The position numbers were made by a program, and so were the translations under genes. A stretch of 64,000 nucleotides of DNA from Marinobacter sp. (GTDB lineage: Bacteria > Pseudomonadota > Gammaproteobacteria > Pseudomonadales > Oleiphilaceae), in the NCBI RefSeq assembly GCF_041595835.1, contig NZ_JBFHJO010000002.1, positions 78,752 through 142,751 of the forward strand, in the 5' to 3' direction. Positions within the stretch are counted from its first letter, which is position 1. Every line of letters begins with the position of its first letter. Under the pieces are notes generated by a model, which searched no databases, had not been told where the DNA came from, and was given only the letters and a program-made list of their open reading frames with translations. Below, one piece after another: positions 44,153 through 54,489 of this stretch.

Positions 44153-45124
44153 TTACTGCTGGTTTTCTTGTTCTCCGAAGGTATCGGCGAACAAAGCAGT
44201 AGACAGGTAGCGTTCAGCTGAGTCTGGCAGAATGACGACAATATTCTTGCCCTTGTGTTCTGGCTGTTTACTTACCCGCACGGCTGCTGCAACAGCAGCA
44301 CCACCAGAAATACCGCAAAGGATGCCTTCTTCCTGCATCAGGCGGTGGGCCATTGCCATGGCGTCTTCATTGGAAATAGTTTCTACCTGGTCTACCAGAT
44401 CCATATCCAGATTGCCTGGAATGAAGCCGGCGCCAATGCCCTGAATTTTGTGCGGGGCGGGTTTTGGCTCTTGTCCGTTGCGCACCTGGCTGATGATAGG
44501 CGAATCGGTTGGTTCGACCGCTACGGTGGTGATTGCTTTGCCTTGCGTGTTTTTGATGTAACGGGAAACACCGGTCAGTGTGCCGCCTGTGCCAACCCCG
44601 GCAATGAAAACATCCACTTCACCATCGGTGTCGTTCCAGATTTCAGGGCCTGTCGTATCTTCATGAATCTTCGGGTTGGCTGGGTTTTCGAACTGTTGGG
44701 GAAGGAAGTAATTGTCAGGATCCTCAGCAACCAGTTCTTTTGCCCGGGCGATCGCGCCGGCCATGCCTTTGGCGGGCTCTGTCAGTATCAGGTCTGCTCC
44801 CAGAGCTTTCAGAACTTTGCGGCGCTCCAGGCTCATGGATGCTGGCATAGTGAGTACCAGTTTGTAGTCCCTGGCCGCAGCCACAAAGGCTAGTGCAATG
44901 CCTGTATTGCCACTGGTAGGCTCAACAATCGTCATTCCCGGTTTGAGTACGCCACGTTTCTCGGCATCCCAGATCATGGCTGCACCAATCCGGCATTTGA
45001 CCGAATAAGCCGGGTTACGGCCCTCGGTTTTAGCCCAGATAGTGGCCCCATCGTTTACCCGGTTGAGCTTGATGAGCGGGGTGTTGCCGATGGATAGGGA
45101 GTTGTCGTTGTAGATACGTGCCAT
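44153..45124 (-). CDS. cysK: cysteine synthase A (O-acetylserine sulfhydrylase)
   Basis: 323 aa; [15 protein letters not shown]-lysine region [19 protein letters not shown], GxGTGGT loop. Confidence 0.9.
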   Translation of the reverse strand: MARIYNDNSLSIGNTPLIKLNRVNDGATIWAKTEGRNPAYSVKCRIGAAMIWDAEKRGVLKPGMTIVEPTSGNTGIALAFVAAARDYKLVLTMPASMSLERRKVLKALGADLILTEPAKGMAGAIARAKELVAEDPDNYFLPQQFENPANPKIHEDTTGPEIWNDTDGEVDVFIAGVGTGGTLTGVSRYIKNTQGKAITTVAVEPTDSPIISQVRNGQEPKPAPHKIQGIGAGFIPGNLDMDLVDQVETISNEDAMAMAHRLMQEEGILCGISGGAAVAAAVRVSKQPEHKGKNIVVILPDSAERYLSTALFADTFGEQENQQ

Positions 45125-45229
45125 GCTTTGTTCCTGCTGTCTGGTAAGATTCGGAAATCCTACCTTTGAGGGTCTGGTTAATGCTAGTGCCGCGTCAGGT
45201 AAACTTAAGAACGATATGGAGTAAGGTTA

Positions 45230-46008
45230 TGAGCGAGACCTCTTTTGACTGGCAAAACACGCCCGCGGCTGTATGGCGCCGTCACCGGGCAGGCCTCAGG
45301 GCGATTCGCCGGTTGGATTCAATCAGCTGGGATGATCTCACCGGCATCAGTCAGCAAAAAGAGGCGCTGGCTCGCAATACTGAGCGTTTCCTGAATCTGC
45401 AGCCTTCCAATAATGTGTTGCTTTGGGGGTCTCGTGGGACGGGTAAATCTTCGCTCATTAAAGCGTTGCTGAATCGTTACCATGAACAGGGGTTGCGCAT
45501 AATTGAAGTCGATAAAGATGACCTGGTGAATCTGCCGGAAATTGTCGATGATATTTGCGATCTGCCGTTCCGGTTTTTGATCTTCTGTGATGATCTTTCT
45601 TTTGATGTGGGTGAATCTGGTTATAAGGCGCTGAAAAGTATACTGGAAGGCTCGTTGGAATTGCCCCCGGAGAACGTTCGGGTATACGCCACATCTAACC
45701 GTCGTCACCTGATGCCTGAATTTATGAGCGACAACTTGAAAAGCGAAATGCGTGATGGCGAGTTACATCCTGCAGAAGCGATTGAGGAGCAGGTTTCGCT
45801 GGCGGATCGATTCGGGCTTCAGCTTTCGTTTTACCCCTTCACTCAGGATACTTATCTGCAGGCAGTGGACGCGCTCTTTCCTGAGGTGACTGATCGGGAG
45901 CAGTTGCACATTGAAGCCGTGCGTTTTGCAACCAGTAAAGGTGTTCGCAACGGCCGTTCAGCCCAGCAGTTCTATCGTCAGTTTGCTGGCGATCCTAGAT
46001 TTAGCTGA
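45230..46008 (+). CDS. predicted AAA-type ATPase (DUF815-like)
   Basis: P-loop GSRGTGKSSL, Walker B FLIFCDDLSF; ~260 aa; start at MSETSFDW (ATG 45230) rather than ORF-track 45166. Confidence 0.6.
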
Positions 46009-46014
46009 GCTGTT

Positions 46015-47319
46015 TTATTGCCGGTTCGCCAGGCGGATAAAACGGTGATGAATCAGTCGGATGGCAACAAAAACGAGCACCAGAACTCCGGGAATGGCGA
46101 TGCCCAGCAGTACTGGCTTGTTGAGTGGGATGCCGGATTCCGCCAGAGCGTTCAGACCAAGGCTCAACAGGCCGATCAAATAGTAGGAAATAGCCACCAC
46201 CGAGAAACCTTCTACGGTGTGCTGCATCATCAGTTGAATGCGCGAGCGCCTGTCCATGGAGCTGAGCAGTTCCTGATTCTGGCTTTGGATGGCCAGCTCT
46301 ACTCGGGTTCGCATCATGTCGGAGGCCCGGTCTATCCGTCGGGATAGATCTTCCAGCCGGACGCTCACGGCTTCACAGGTTTTGACTGCCGGGGTTAACC
46401 GCCGGGTCATGAATTCCGTGATGGTCAGGTGGCCAGACACTTCATCTTCCCGGAGCTCTTCCAGCCGGGTCAGTACGAGGCGATGGTAGGCTTGGGTGGC
46501 GGAAAACCGGAAGGTGGAGTGGGCACGGAACGCCTCGATTCTGGCAGCCATGTTGGTCAGCTTGGCGAGAATGGTTTGTTCGTCCAGAGTTTCGTTGTCG
46601 GCCAGAGCCTGGGTAATGGTGGCCAGTTGCTGATCCATTTCATTCAGGGCCGGAGTGATCTCCCTGGCCACGGGCAGTGCCAGCAGAGACATCAACCGGT
46701 AGGTTTCGATTTCCATCAGGCGTTGAACGAGTCGCCCCAGTTGGCTATCTGACATACTGTAGTTGAGCACCATAAAGCGCCCGAAGTTGTCGCTGTGCAA
46801 CTGGAAGGTGCCCAGCACCCGGGCAGCGCCTTCCTGAGGGCTGCTGCCAACCAGTCGCATACCTTCAAAATGCTTGCGCATGAACGCCGGTTCGTTGCGG
46901 GCGTTTTCCGACGAGGGGCTCACCTCGATATGAAATGCGGCAACGACCGTGCCTTCAAGTCGTTCCAGCCAGCCTTTCGGCAGGGCGCTAAGGCCGGTTT
47001 CGTCAAAAGGCTCGGCCTCAGAAGGAGCCAGGTTGGTAAAGGTGTAAGCGGTGAACTCCATATGAACTTCACGGCGAACACGCAACTGGTCAAAGTTCTG
47101 CTCGTAGCAGGTAACTTCCTGTTCGGGCCAGGGTTCACCAAGCATTCGGTGCAGAGCTTGCAGGTGTTTGAACTGGCGCTCTCGCTGCTCTGGCGTGGTC
47201 ATCACTGCAATGTGGGTTACCCTCGCGCGGGCTGGTAACACCTGAAACGGGCGAGAGTGCAATTCCTGGTAAAGGTCAGTGCGTTGGGGATGAAAAGCCA
47301 GGGCAAGGGGCTTGGTCAC
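46015..47319 (-). CDS. DUF3422-like membrane-anchored protein (C-terminal TM helices)
   Basis: 434 aa, long cytoplasmic helical domain and two C-terminal TM helices; 4-nt overlap with upstream histidine kinase gene implies co-transcription. Confidence 0.55.
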   Translation of the reverse strand: MTKPLALAFHPQRTDLYQELHSRPFQVLPARARVTHIAVMTTPEQRERQFKHLQALHRMLGEPWPEQEVTCYEQNFDQLRVRREVHMEFTAYTFTNLAPSEAEPFDETGLSALPKGWLERLEGTVVAAFHIEVSPSSENARNEPAFMRKHFEGMRLVGSSPQEGAARVLGTFQLHSDNFGRFMVLNYSMSDSQLGRLVQRLMEIETYRLMSLLALPVAREITPALNEMDQQLATITQALADNETLDEQTILAKLTNMAARIEAFRAHSTFRFSATQAYHRLVLTRLEELREDEVSGHLTITEFMTRRLTPAVKTCEAVSVRLEDLSRRIDRASDMMRTRVELAIQSQNQELLSSMDRRSRIQLMMQHTVEGFSVVAISYYLIGLLSLGLNALAESGIPLNKPVLLGIAIPGVLVLVFVAIRLIHHRFIRLANRQ

Positions 47320-49352
47320 GGGTCTGTCCTTGATTCGTTATAAAGTTTGGGGATGATAACGCGGAAGCATACGCCGTCAATGCCGTTGCGATGGTGGTTT
47401 TGTGCTTCAACACGGCCGCCGTGAAAATCCGCTATCAGTCGGACAATCAGCAAACCCTGACCCAGATGGCCCTCTGTTTTGCCTTCCCGGTGGGAGACAA
47501 ACGCACTGAAAATGTCCACACCCGAGCCGGTTGGCAAGCTGGAGCCTTCGTTAAACACCTCAAGCTGATAATGGTCCGCGTATTGCTTCAGGCACACCTC
47601 AATTGCTCCGCCTTCAGGGGTGAAATCCCGGGCATTGTCGGCCAGTTTGTCCAGCATTTGTACGAGCATCTCTGGTGAGCCCCGCAATGGGCAAGTGGTT
47701 TCCGGTATCTGGCAGTGAAAGTTATATTCGGGCGCCAGCTGTTGATAGGCGGCGGTAGCCTGGCTGACGACTTCAGCCAGGTTGAAGTCTTCCTTGTCTG
47801 CCTGATCGAAACTCTGTTCCAGGCGGGCGGCTTCACTCATGCTGTACAGAATACGGCGTAGCCGTTCGGTCGCGGAGGAGGCGCGCTTCAGGTACTGTTG
47901 CCGTTCCTCTTCTGAGTGGTTGTGGGCGAGATTTTCCAGTGATGAGCGCACCACGGCCACGGGTGTTTTCAGCTCGTGGGACAATCGGCGGGAGAAGCTT
48001 TCCAGATAATGGTTGTAGCTCTGTAAGCGAGACACCATCTGGCCGAAGTGTTGTTGAAGCTGGCCCAGTTCGTCCCGTGAGCGTGCCGGGGGGATGGCTT
48101 CACGTATCCGGCCATCGTCGTCGACACTGGCACTGACCAGTCGCTGCAGTCGTGAAATGCGCCAGGATAGCCAGCTGGCGTAGCCCAGCAGCACCAGAGT
48201 CAATGCCAGGATGATCAACAGGCTCCGGGCCAGCACGCTGCCGAGTGCCGAGCCTGACACGCTAAGCAACTGGTCCAGAGACTGTTTCAGCAGCAGTGAG
48301 CGGCCACCGAAGAAAGAATGCTCCGTGGCCAGCCACAGGGTTCCTTCTTGTTTGACCAAGCGGTGTTCAGGCAGCCCCCCGGTATGTAGCTGGAGGCTGG
48401 TTTCAGCAAGCTTTTTGGGTTCTGGCTGATACAGTCTGACCAGACTGCCTAGTGCGTTCAGGGTGATCTGTTCAAGGATCTGACTGGCGGAGAAGGTGTC
48501 AAAATCCGGTGTCTGGCCTGTGGCATCAGGTTGGGTATGGGCAACAACCCAGCCAGCGGGTTCCATCACGGTGATCTGTTGTCCGTCGCTTAGCTGGCTT
48601 TTAAGTGCTCGCTCAAGGTCGGTGCTTCGTTGCACCAGCATGGGTGGCGGTGAGATTGAGGTGCCTTGGGTGCGTGGATTTTCGCCGGTTTGCAGGGCCT
48701 GAAAGCCCAGTCGACTGCCGGGTACTGGCTTAGGCATCCGTAGCTCTAACTGCCAGCGAGACCCAAGGTCTTCCCAGGCAACGGCGAGCTGGCGGTCGGG
48801 CTTATTGGCATCGCCATCAATCAGAGCCGGGACGTTGGCGCCCGGTGCTGTTGTTCTGATGAGCCATTTGCGTGGGTGGCTGGATTGTTCGAGATCATTG
48901 GCGGGCGATTCAAGTACCAAGTCGAAACGATCATAGGGTTGTTCAGGGTTATTGGGTTTGTACGGGTGCAGGCCCTGATCCCGCTTTTGCACCAGCAGGT
49001 AGAAGTATCGATCATTGCTGACAGCCAGCCATCTCAGGTTGTTTTGCCCGGGGGTGAACTGCCAGGGCAGTTGCTCCTCGTTTTCATTGAAACCGGGCCA
49101 GGTGGTTGTGAAACCATCCACCTTGGGTGATTGGTCAGTGGGTATGGCATAGATGGCTTCAGCGCCTTCAACGACCGGGGCACCCAGCATCAGGTCACCT
49201 GCCAGTTCAGCGAGGCGGACACCTTTTTCGTCCAGCTGCTGTATGGCTTGTGCACGAAGCGCGTTGTCCAGTTCCAGCACAAATTTTAGCCCTGCCCAGG
49301 GAATCAGAAGCATTAGTAAACTGGCCAGAAAGAGCTGGCGCTTCAGGCTCAC
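47316..49352 (-). CDS. sensor histidine kinase with large periplasmic sensor domain
   Basis: N-terminal TM, ~330-aa periplasmic region, second TM, HisKA (LSHELKTPVAVV) and HATPase_c (DNARDFT...GQGLLIVRLIADFHGG). Confidence 0.85.
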   Translation of the reverse strand: MSLKRQLFLASLLMLLIPWAGLKFVLELDNALRAQAIQQLDEKGVRLAELAGDLMLGAPVVEGAEAIYAIPTDQSPKVDGFTTTWPGFNENEEQLPWQFTPGQNNLRWLAVSNDRYFYLLVQKRDQGLHPYKPNNPEQPYDRFDLVLESPANDLEQSSHPRKWLIRTTAPGANVPALIDGDANKPDRQLAVAWEDLGSRWQLELRMPKPVPGSRLGFQALQTGENPRTQGTSISPPPMLVQRSTDLERALKSQLSDGQQITVMEPAGWVVAHTQPDATGQTPDFDTFSASQILEQITLNALGSLVRLYQPEPKKLAETSLQLHTGGLPEHRLVKQEGTLWLATEHSFFGGRSLLLKQSLDQLLSVSGSALGSVLARSLLIILALTLVLLGYASWLSWRISRLQRLVSASVDDDGRIREAIPPARSRDELGQLQQHFGQMVSRLQSYNHYLESFSRRLSHELKTPVAVVRSSLENLAHNHSEEERQQYLKRASSATERLRRILYSMSEAARLEQSFDQADKEDFNLAEVVSQATAAYQQLAPEYNFHCQIPETTCPLRGSPEMLVQMLDKLADNARDFTPEGGAIEVCLKQYADHYQLEVFNEGSSLPTGSGVDIFSAFVSHREGKTEGHLGQGLLIVRLIADFHGGRVEAQNHHRNGIDGVCFRVIIPKLYNESRTDP

Positions 49353-49355
49353 AGC

Positions 49356-50057
49356 TTAAACCTCACGGGCGTTCCATCGGTAACCCATTCCGTAAGCCGT
49401 TTGAATACCATCAAACCTGTTGTCCAACTGCATGAACTTGCGGCGGATGCGCTTGATATGGGAGGTCACGGTGTTGTCATCAAGCACGGTGCTGGCGGCT
49501 TCCATCAGTTGTTCACGGCTGCGGACATGGCCTGGGTGCTGTACGAGTGAATGCAGCATCCAGAATTCAGTGACGGTCAGATCAACCGGTTGCTCATCCC
49601 AGGTGACGGTCATGCGGTCGACATTCATGGCCATGCGGCCCCTTTGCACCATTTCATCGGGTTTCTGTAAAGCTTCAGCCCAGGCCTCGGCCCGGCGTAG
49701 CAAGGCGGTGATCCGGGCCAGCAGGTGGTCCAGGCTCATGTCTTTAGTGACGTAATCATCTGCACCCAACCGCAGGCCGTGAACGGTGTCAATGTCACTG
49801 TCCCGAGCGGTCAGAAAGATGATCGGCAGGGTGGCAGACTGTGCCCGCAGAGCCTGGCACAGGGTGAAGCCACCTTCTGGTTCGTGACCCAGCCCTACAT
49901 CAATAATGGCGAGGTCCGGGAGCGTCTGGCGCAAAACCTGCCAGGCAGAGGGCCGGTCGCCAAATGTGGACACCCGATAGCCCCGGCGCTCAAAGGCTGC
50001 CCGGTAGTTATCGCGAATGCCCGCTTCGTCCTCAATCAGCACAATGTGTTTTTTCAT
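49356..50057 (-). CDS. OmpR-family response regulator
   Basis: Receiver (VLIEDEAGIRDNY...DLAIIDVGLG...TKD) plus winged-helix C-terminal domain; 4 bp upstream of the kinase gene. Confidence 0.85.
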   Translation of the reverse strand: MKKHIVLIEDEAGIRDNYRAAFERRGYRVSTFGDRPSAWQVLRQTLPDLAIIDVGLGHEPEGGFTLCQALRAQSATLPIIFLTARDSDIDTVHGLRLGADDYVTKDMSLDHLLARITALLRRAEAWAEALQKPDEMVQRGRMAMNVDRMTVTWDEQPVDLTVTEFWMLHSLVQHPGHVRSREQLMEAASTVLDDNTVTSHIKRIRRKFMQLDNRFDGIQTAYGMGYRWNAREV

Positions 50058-50235
50058 GGTGTGTGTAATTCAGCAGGATGTTGTGTCATTAAACCATGCT
50101 CAAGGGCTGGTACAAGCAAGAGCATCACTATTGCCATAATTCATCATTTTCTATCGCTGGCTTGCCCGCTTCTGCCACGGTGAAGCCCTGTCTGGCTGTT
50201 GCAATGGCATCACTAACTTCCAAAAAAAGGATGTC

Positions 50236-52377
50236 GTGATGATGTTGCTATCGCTGCTTGCCAAGCCAGCCGTAAGAGCTGAGCTTAACCCGGCCCACTC
50301 GTCAAAACGAAAGGCGGATACACGCAAACGGCTGCGTTTTGTTGAAGGTGTCAGTCTGTGGCTGGCCATGCTGCTGATGCTGTTTGTGCACCCGTTGTAT
50401 GCTGAAGCCAGCCTGGCTGATACGGAACAAGCCGGACAACTCTACCTGATGAATGGTCAGAGTGCCTGGCAGCAACCGGCACTGATCCTGAACAGTGATT
50501 TTAAAGTACAAGTGTCCGGTTTGTTGGCTCAGACTAAATTGAGCCGGGAATTCAAAAACACCAGCGATCGGTGGCAAGAAGGCATATTTGTCTTCCCACT
50601 GCCGGAAAAAGCTACAGTATACGGGTTGACCATGGCCGTGGGCGAACGCCGGGTGACGGGCCGTATTGAACCGAAAGAAAAGGCTCGTCAGACCTATGAG
50701 AAAGCCAAGTCAGCCGGGCACCATGCGGCTACTGTTGAACAGCAGCGCCCGAACCTGTTTACCAGCCGGGTCGCCAATATTCCGCCGGGCGAAACCGTTC
50801 GTGTAGAAATCAGTTACCAACAAGTAGTCAGCTATCGTAACGGCGAGTTTGAGTTACGCCTTCCCACGACTTTAACGCCCCGCTATATCCCGGGTGAAAG
50901 CATTTCTGAAACTCCGGAAGCATGGCAGTCCGGCTGGGCTCTGCCCACCAGACAGGTGCCAGATGCCGACGAAATCACTCCCTTCACCGTGCGCCCGGAA
51001 GATGTGAGCCAACAAAGTCATCGGGCCACCATTGAGCTGGATATTGAAAGCGGTTTTCCGCTGGCTGAAGTCACCAGCCCAAGTCATAGCTTCCAGACAG
51101 AAATTGACGATAGCCACGTGTTGGTGACACCGGAAGGTGATGAGGTATTGATGGATCGGGATGTGATCGTCCGTTGGCGTCCGGTCACCGGACGGACGCC
51201 AACGGCTGCAGTGTTTCATCAGCAATGGCAGGGAGAAGACTTTCTGATGGCAATGGTCTTACCTCCGGAAACGACCGGTCCGGTTTTGCGCCGTGAATTG
51301 CTGTTTATGATTGATACCTCAGGCTCTATGGCGGGAGAGTCCATGATTCAGGCCCGTTCGGCACTGTTGCGTGGGCTGGATACTCTGCGACAGGGTGATT
51401 ACTTCAACATCATTCAATTCAATAGCGAAGCGCACAGTCTGTTTGCGAGGCCGGTTCCCTCCGAAGGGTATTATCTGGCCCGTGCCCGCCAGTATGTTAA
51501 GGGGTTGCAAGCTAACGGTGGCACTGAAATGGCAGGAGCTTTGTCACTGGCCATGACGATGGCGCAGGCACCCGCTGACGATCTGGTACAGCAAATGGTG
51601 TTTATCACCGATGGGGCTGTCGGCAACGAATCTGCACTGTTTGACCAGATCCGTCGTGGCTTGAACGACCGTCGACTGTTCACCGTGGGTATTGGTGCTG
51701 CGCCGAACATGCACTTTATGCGTGAAGCTGCTCGTTGGGGGCGAGGCGCATACACCGCTATTCATGACAGTAGTGAGGTGAACCGCGCTCTGGAAGGCTT
51801 GTTTTCGGCGATGGAGGCACCGGTATTAACGGATCTTGATGTTCGGTGGCCGTCACAAGGCCACGACGTGGAACCCGTGCCTGCAAAATCCGGTGATCTT
51901 TTCCGGGGTAGCCCGCTGGTGCAGGTCGTTCATGGGGTTCCGGCGGCGGGTGAGCTGCAAGTGTCCGGGAAACTGCCCGGGGGGCGTCGCTGGATCTCCC
52001 GGTTGAACCTGAGCAATGCCGCGGAAGCTAACGGCTTGAATCGTCAGTGGGCCCGAGGCCGAATTGATGAACTGATAGATGCTGCCAGCCTGAGTGGTGA
52101 CTTGCCAGATGAACAGCGCATTACCAGATTGTCGATGGAGCATGGCGTGATGTCGCCGTTCACAAGTTTTGTTGCGATCGAAGAAAAATCCGCCCGGCCA
52201 GCCTCAGAGAACCTTGAACGTGAGCAATTGCCCACCCTGTTGCCGGCGGGCAGTCGTTCCGGAATGCTGCGTTATCCGCAAACAGCTACCTTCTGGCCTT
52301 TGCTCAGTGCTTTGGGCTTGTTGGGTCTGATGTTTGCGCTGGCAATTGCGATGCTGAGCCGGAGGCCGGCACTATGA
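50236..52377 (+). CDS. marine-proteobacterial sortase target protein (VIT domain plus vWA domain plus C-terminal sorting signal)
   Basis: Signal peptide; vWA MIDAS motif DTSGSM; C-terminus YPQTAT then hydrophobic helix and basic tail SRRPAL. Confidence 0.75.
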   Translation: MMMLLSLLAKPAVRAELNPAHSSKRKADTRKRLRFVEGVSLWLAMLLMLFVHPLYAEASLADTEQAGQLYLMNGQSAWQQPALILNSDFKVQVSGLLAQTKLSREFKNTSDRWQEGIFVFPLPEKATVYGLTMAVGERRVTGRIEPKEKARQTYEKAKSAGHHAATVEQQRPNLFTSRVANIPPGETVRVEISYQQVVSYRNGEFELRLPTTLTPRYIPGESISETPEAWQSGWALPTRQVPDADEITPFTVRPEDVSQQSHRATIELDIESGFPLAEVTSPSHSFQTEIDDSHVLVTPEGDEVLMDRDVIVRWRPVTGRTPTAAVFHQQWQGEDFLMAMVLPPETTGPVLRRELLFMIDTSGSMAGESMIQARSALLRGLDTLRQGDYFNIIQFNSEAHSLFARPVPSEGYYLARARQYVKGLQANGGTEMAGALSLAMTMAQAPADDLVQQMVFITDGAVGNESALFDQIRRGLNDRRLFTVGIGAAPNMHFMREAARWGRGAYTAIHDSSEVNRALEGLFSAMEAPVLTDLDVRWPSQGHDVEPVPAKSGDLFRGSPLVQVVHGVPAAGELQVSGKLPGGRRWISRLNLSNAAEANGLNRQWARGRIDELIDAASLSGDLPDEQRITRLSMEHGVMSPFTSFVAIEEKSARPASENLEREQLPTLLPAGSRSGMLRYPQTATFWPLLSALGLLGLMFALAIAMLSRRPAL

Positions 52378-52955
52378 CTCGATTTCTGATACTTCTGACA
52401 AGCTCTTCAGTGCTGCTGTTGATGTTTGGGTTGTGGATTCCGTTCAAGGCACTGGTGGCTCAGGAATTACTGGAAAGAGCCTGGGCTGAAAGTCAGTCCG
52501 GGCAAAGCGAAGAGAGGCCTTGGCCTTGGGCTGATACCTGGCCTGTTGCGAAACTGGAGTTGCCAGAGCTCGGTGTATCCATGATTGTGCTGGAGGGCGG
52601 CCATGGTGAAAGCCTGGCCTTTGGACCGGGCCGGGTTTTTGGTGGCGAGGGGGGGGCTTTGATTCTGGCGGGCCATCGCGATACGCACTTCAGGCATTTG
52701 CAGAACTTGCAGAAGGGATACCATCTCCGGCTGCAAAATCAGAACCAGCAATGGCAGAGGTATCAGGTCATGGATACCAGAATTGTCGATAGCCGGTACG
52801 AGTCGATAGATACCCATCGCCTGGCCGCAGACTCTGTGCTTTTGGTGACCTGCTATCCCTTTGATTCCATGGATGCGGGAGGGCCATTACGGTATGTCGT
52901 GGAAGCGCGGCCGTTACCTGATGAGGACTTTGGTAATACTGTTGCGACCTTGTAA
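52374..52955 (+). CDS. class GG / marine-proteobacterial sortase (transpeptidase)
   Basis: 193 aa, N-terminal TM, catalytic His (LAGHRDTHF) and LVTCYPF (TLxTC) active-site Cys motif; ATGA overlap with target gene. Confidence 0.75.
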   Translation: MTRFLILLTSSSVLLLMFGLWIPFKALVAQELLERAWAESQSGQSEERPWPWADTWPVAKLELPELGVSMIVLEGGHGESLAFGPGRVFGGEGGALILAGHRDTHFRHLQNLQKGYHLRLQNQNQQWQRYQVMDTRIVDSRYESIDTHRLAADSVLLVTCYPFDSMDAGGPLRYVVEARPLPDEDFGNTVATL

Positions 52956-53002
52956 TTTGGCGTACACTTGTACGCTAAAACTCTGAGGTCCGGAAGCGCA
53001 GT

Positions 53003-53722
53003 ATGGGTGTTGTAAGAAAAATAATCGCTTGGTTGTGTGTTGCTGTTTTCTGTCTGTTGTCTTTTGTGCTGTATCTGGCACGCCCTTTTAATCCAGACAA
53101 CAACCGTTTGCTGGCTTGGGTCATTGCCCGGTTCTGCCGGCGGGTGCTGGGCATGGAACGCCCGTTGTATGGCGCAGAAAACATGCCTAAAGACCGGCCA
53201 ACGGTGATTGTGGCCAACCATCAGGAAAATGACGATCTGTTGATTGTTGGTGACCTGTTACCTCCGCGCACGGTTGCCGTTGGTAAGTCTGCTTTGCTCT
53301 GGATTCCCTTCTTTGGTCAGGTATTCTGGCTGGGTGATAACATCATCCTGAATCGTAGTCAGTCTCATAAAGCAGTGGCAGCAATGAAAGCCACCAGTGA
53401 CGCCATTAACAAAGACCGCAAAAGCATTTGGGTTTTCGCTGAAGGTACCCGTAGCCGGGGCCGCGGTCTGGGCCGTTTCAAAAAAGGCGCATTTCACATG
53501 GCCATTGCGGCAGGCGCGCCGATTACCATGGTGTGCGTAGCGGATTATCACGGCAAAACTCAGGGGTGGTTGGGGCGCAGGAAACCTGTACCGGTTCGTA
53601 TTCTTCCGCCTATTGAAACTCAGGGTTTAACCAATGCAGATATCCCAGAGCTAATGGCCCGTTGTCATCAGCAGATGGCCGAAGCCATTGCCGGCCTTGC
53701 GGAAACTCCAGGAACTGCTTGA
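53003..53722 (+). CDS. plsC: 1-acyl-sn-glycerol-3-phosphate acyltransferase (lysophospholipid acyltransferase family)
   Basis: N-terminal TM, acyltransferase block ANHQENDD (HX4D variant), FAEGTRS and PI motifs. Confidence 0.75.
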   Translation: MGVVRKIIAWLCVAVFCLLSFVLYLARPFNPDNNRLLAWVIARFCRRVLGMERPLYGAENMPKDRPTVIVANHQENDDLLIVGDLLPPRTVAVGKSALLWIPFFGQVFWLGDNIILNRSQSHKAVAAMKATSDAINKDRKSIWVFAEGTRSRGRGLGRFKKGAFHMAIAAGAPITMVCVADYHGKTQGWLGRRKPVPVRILPPIETQGLTNADIPELMARCHQQMAEAIAGLAETPGTA

Positions 53723-53788
53723 ATGGCCCAGGGAAACAGGGCAGTCTTTCGATCAGTGTTATTGGGACAGTGACAGGAGAACGGATAG

Positions 53789-54031
53789 ATGAGTCTGATC
53801 TGGTTTCTGATTATTGGTGGTCTTGCCGGTTGGCTGGCGGGGCTGATCATGAAGGGCAAGGGCTTTGGAGTGCTGGCTAATATAGGCATTGGTATTGTCG
53901 GCTCAGTGATTGGTGGCGTTGTGTTTGGCCTTCTGGGTCTGGCCGTGAAAAGCATGGTTGGTGAACTGGTGACTGCTACCGCAGGTGCTGTGTTGTTACT
54001 GGCCGTCGTTAATAAAATTAGGCAGGGCTGA
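53789..54031 (+). CDS. GlsB/YeaQ/YmgE-family stress-response membrane protein
   Basis: 80 aa, MSLIWFLIIGGLAGWLAGLIMKGKGFG signature. Confidence 0.8.
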   Translation: MSLIWFLIIGGLAGWLAGLIMKGKGFGVLANIGIGIVGSVIGGVVFGLLGLAVKSMVGELVTATAGAVLLLAVVNKIRQG

Positions 54032-54032
54032 G

Positions 54033-54434
54033 ATGATCATACCTATTACCGCTGTATTTGCTGCCGTTATTGGCTTGTTGTTGCTGGTGTTGTCCGGCCT
54101 GGTAGTGAAATACCGGCTGAAATACCGGATGGGCATGGGCGTCAATGAGGACCCGGAGTTTGGAGCAGCGGTGCGTGCTCACGCGAACCTTGTGGAATAT
54201 GCTCCAATTGGCTTGATCATGCTTGCCATTGCTGAGCTGAATGGGGTTTCCAATACGCTGATTTATTGGACTGGCATGGCTCTGGTTGCCGGGCGCATTC
54301 TGCATGCTTTTGGCATGATCAACGGCAAGGGGGGCGAGCACAAAGCCCGGATGATTGGAATACTACTAACCTGGCTGGCCATCCTTGTGGCCGCACTGTT
54401 GCTGTTGTGGAATGTAGGTAAGGTTTACGGTTAA
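54033..54434 (+). CDS. MAPEG-family membrane protein
   Basis: ~133 aa, 3-4 TM with conserved NLVEY/YAP motif region; start at MIIPI (ATG 54033). Confidence 0.65.
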   Translation: MIIPITAVFAAVIGLLLLVLSGLVVKYRLKYRMGMGVNEDPEFGAAVRAHANLVEYAPIGLIMLAIAELNGVSNTLIYWTGMALVAGRILHAFGMINGKGGEHKARMIGILLTWLAILVAALLLLWNVGKVYG

Positions 54435-54450
54435 CGCCAGATCTGAATGA

Positions 54451-54476
54451 GCGGGGCCCTTGTGGCCCCGTTTTTG
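54451..54476 (+). terminator. Rho-independent terminator after MAPEG gene
   Basis: GGGGCC-cttgt-GGCCCC then TTTTTG. Confidence 0.65.
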
Positions 54477-54489
54477 TAATGGGGAATGG

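Noticed and set aside
46795-47238. Plus-strand ORF inside the DUF3422 gene
   Set aside because: It is an antisense shadow ORF.
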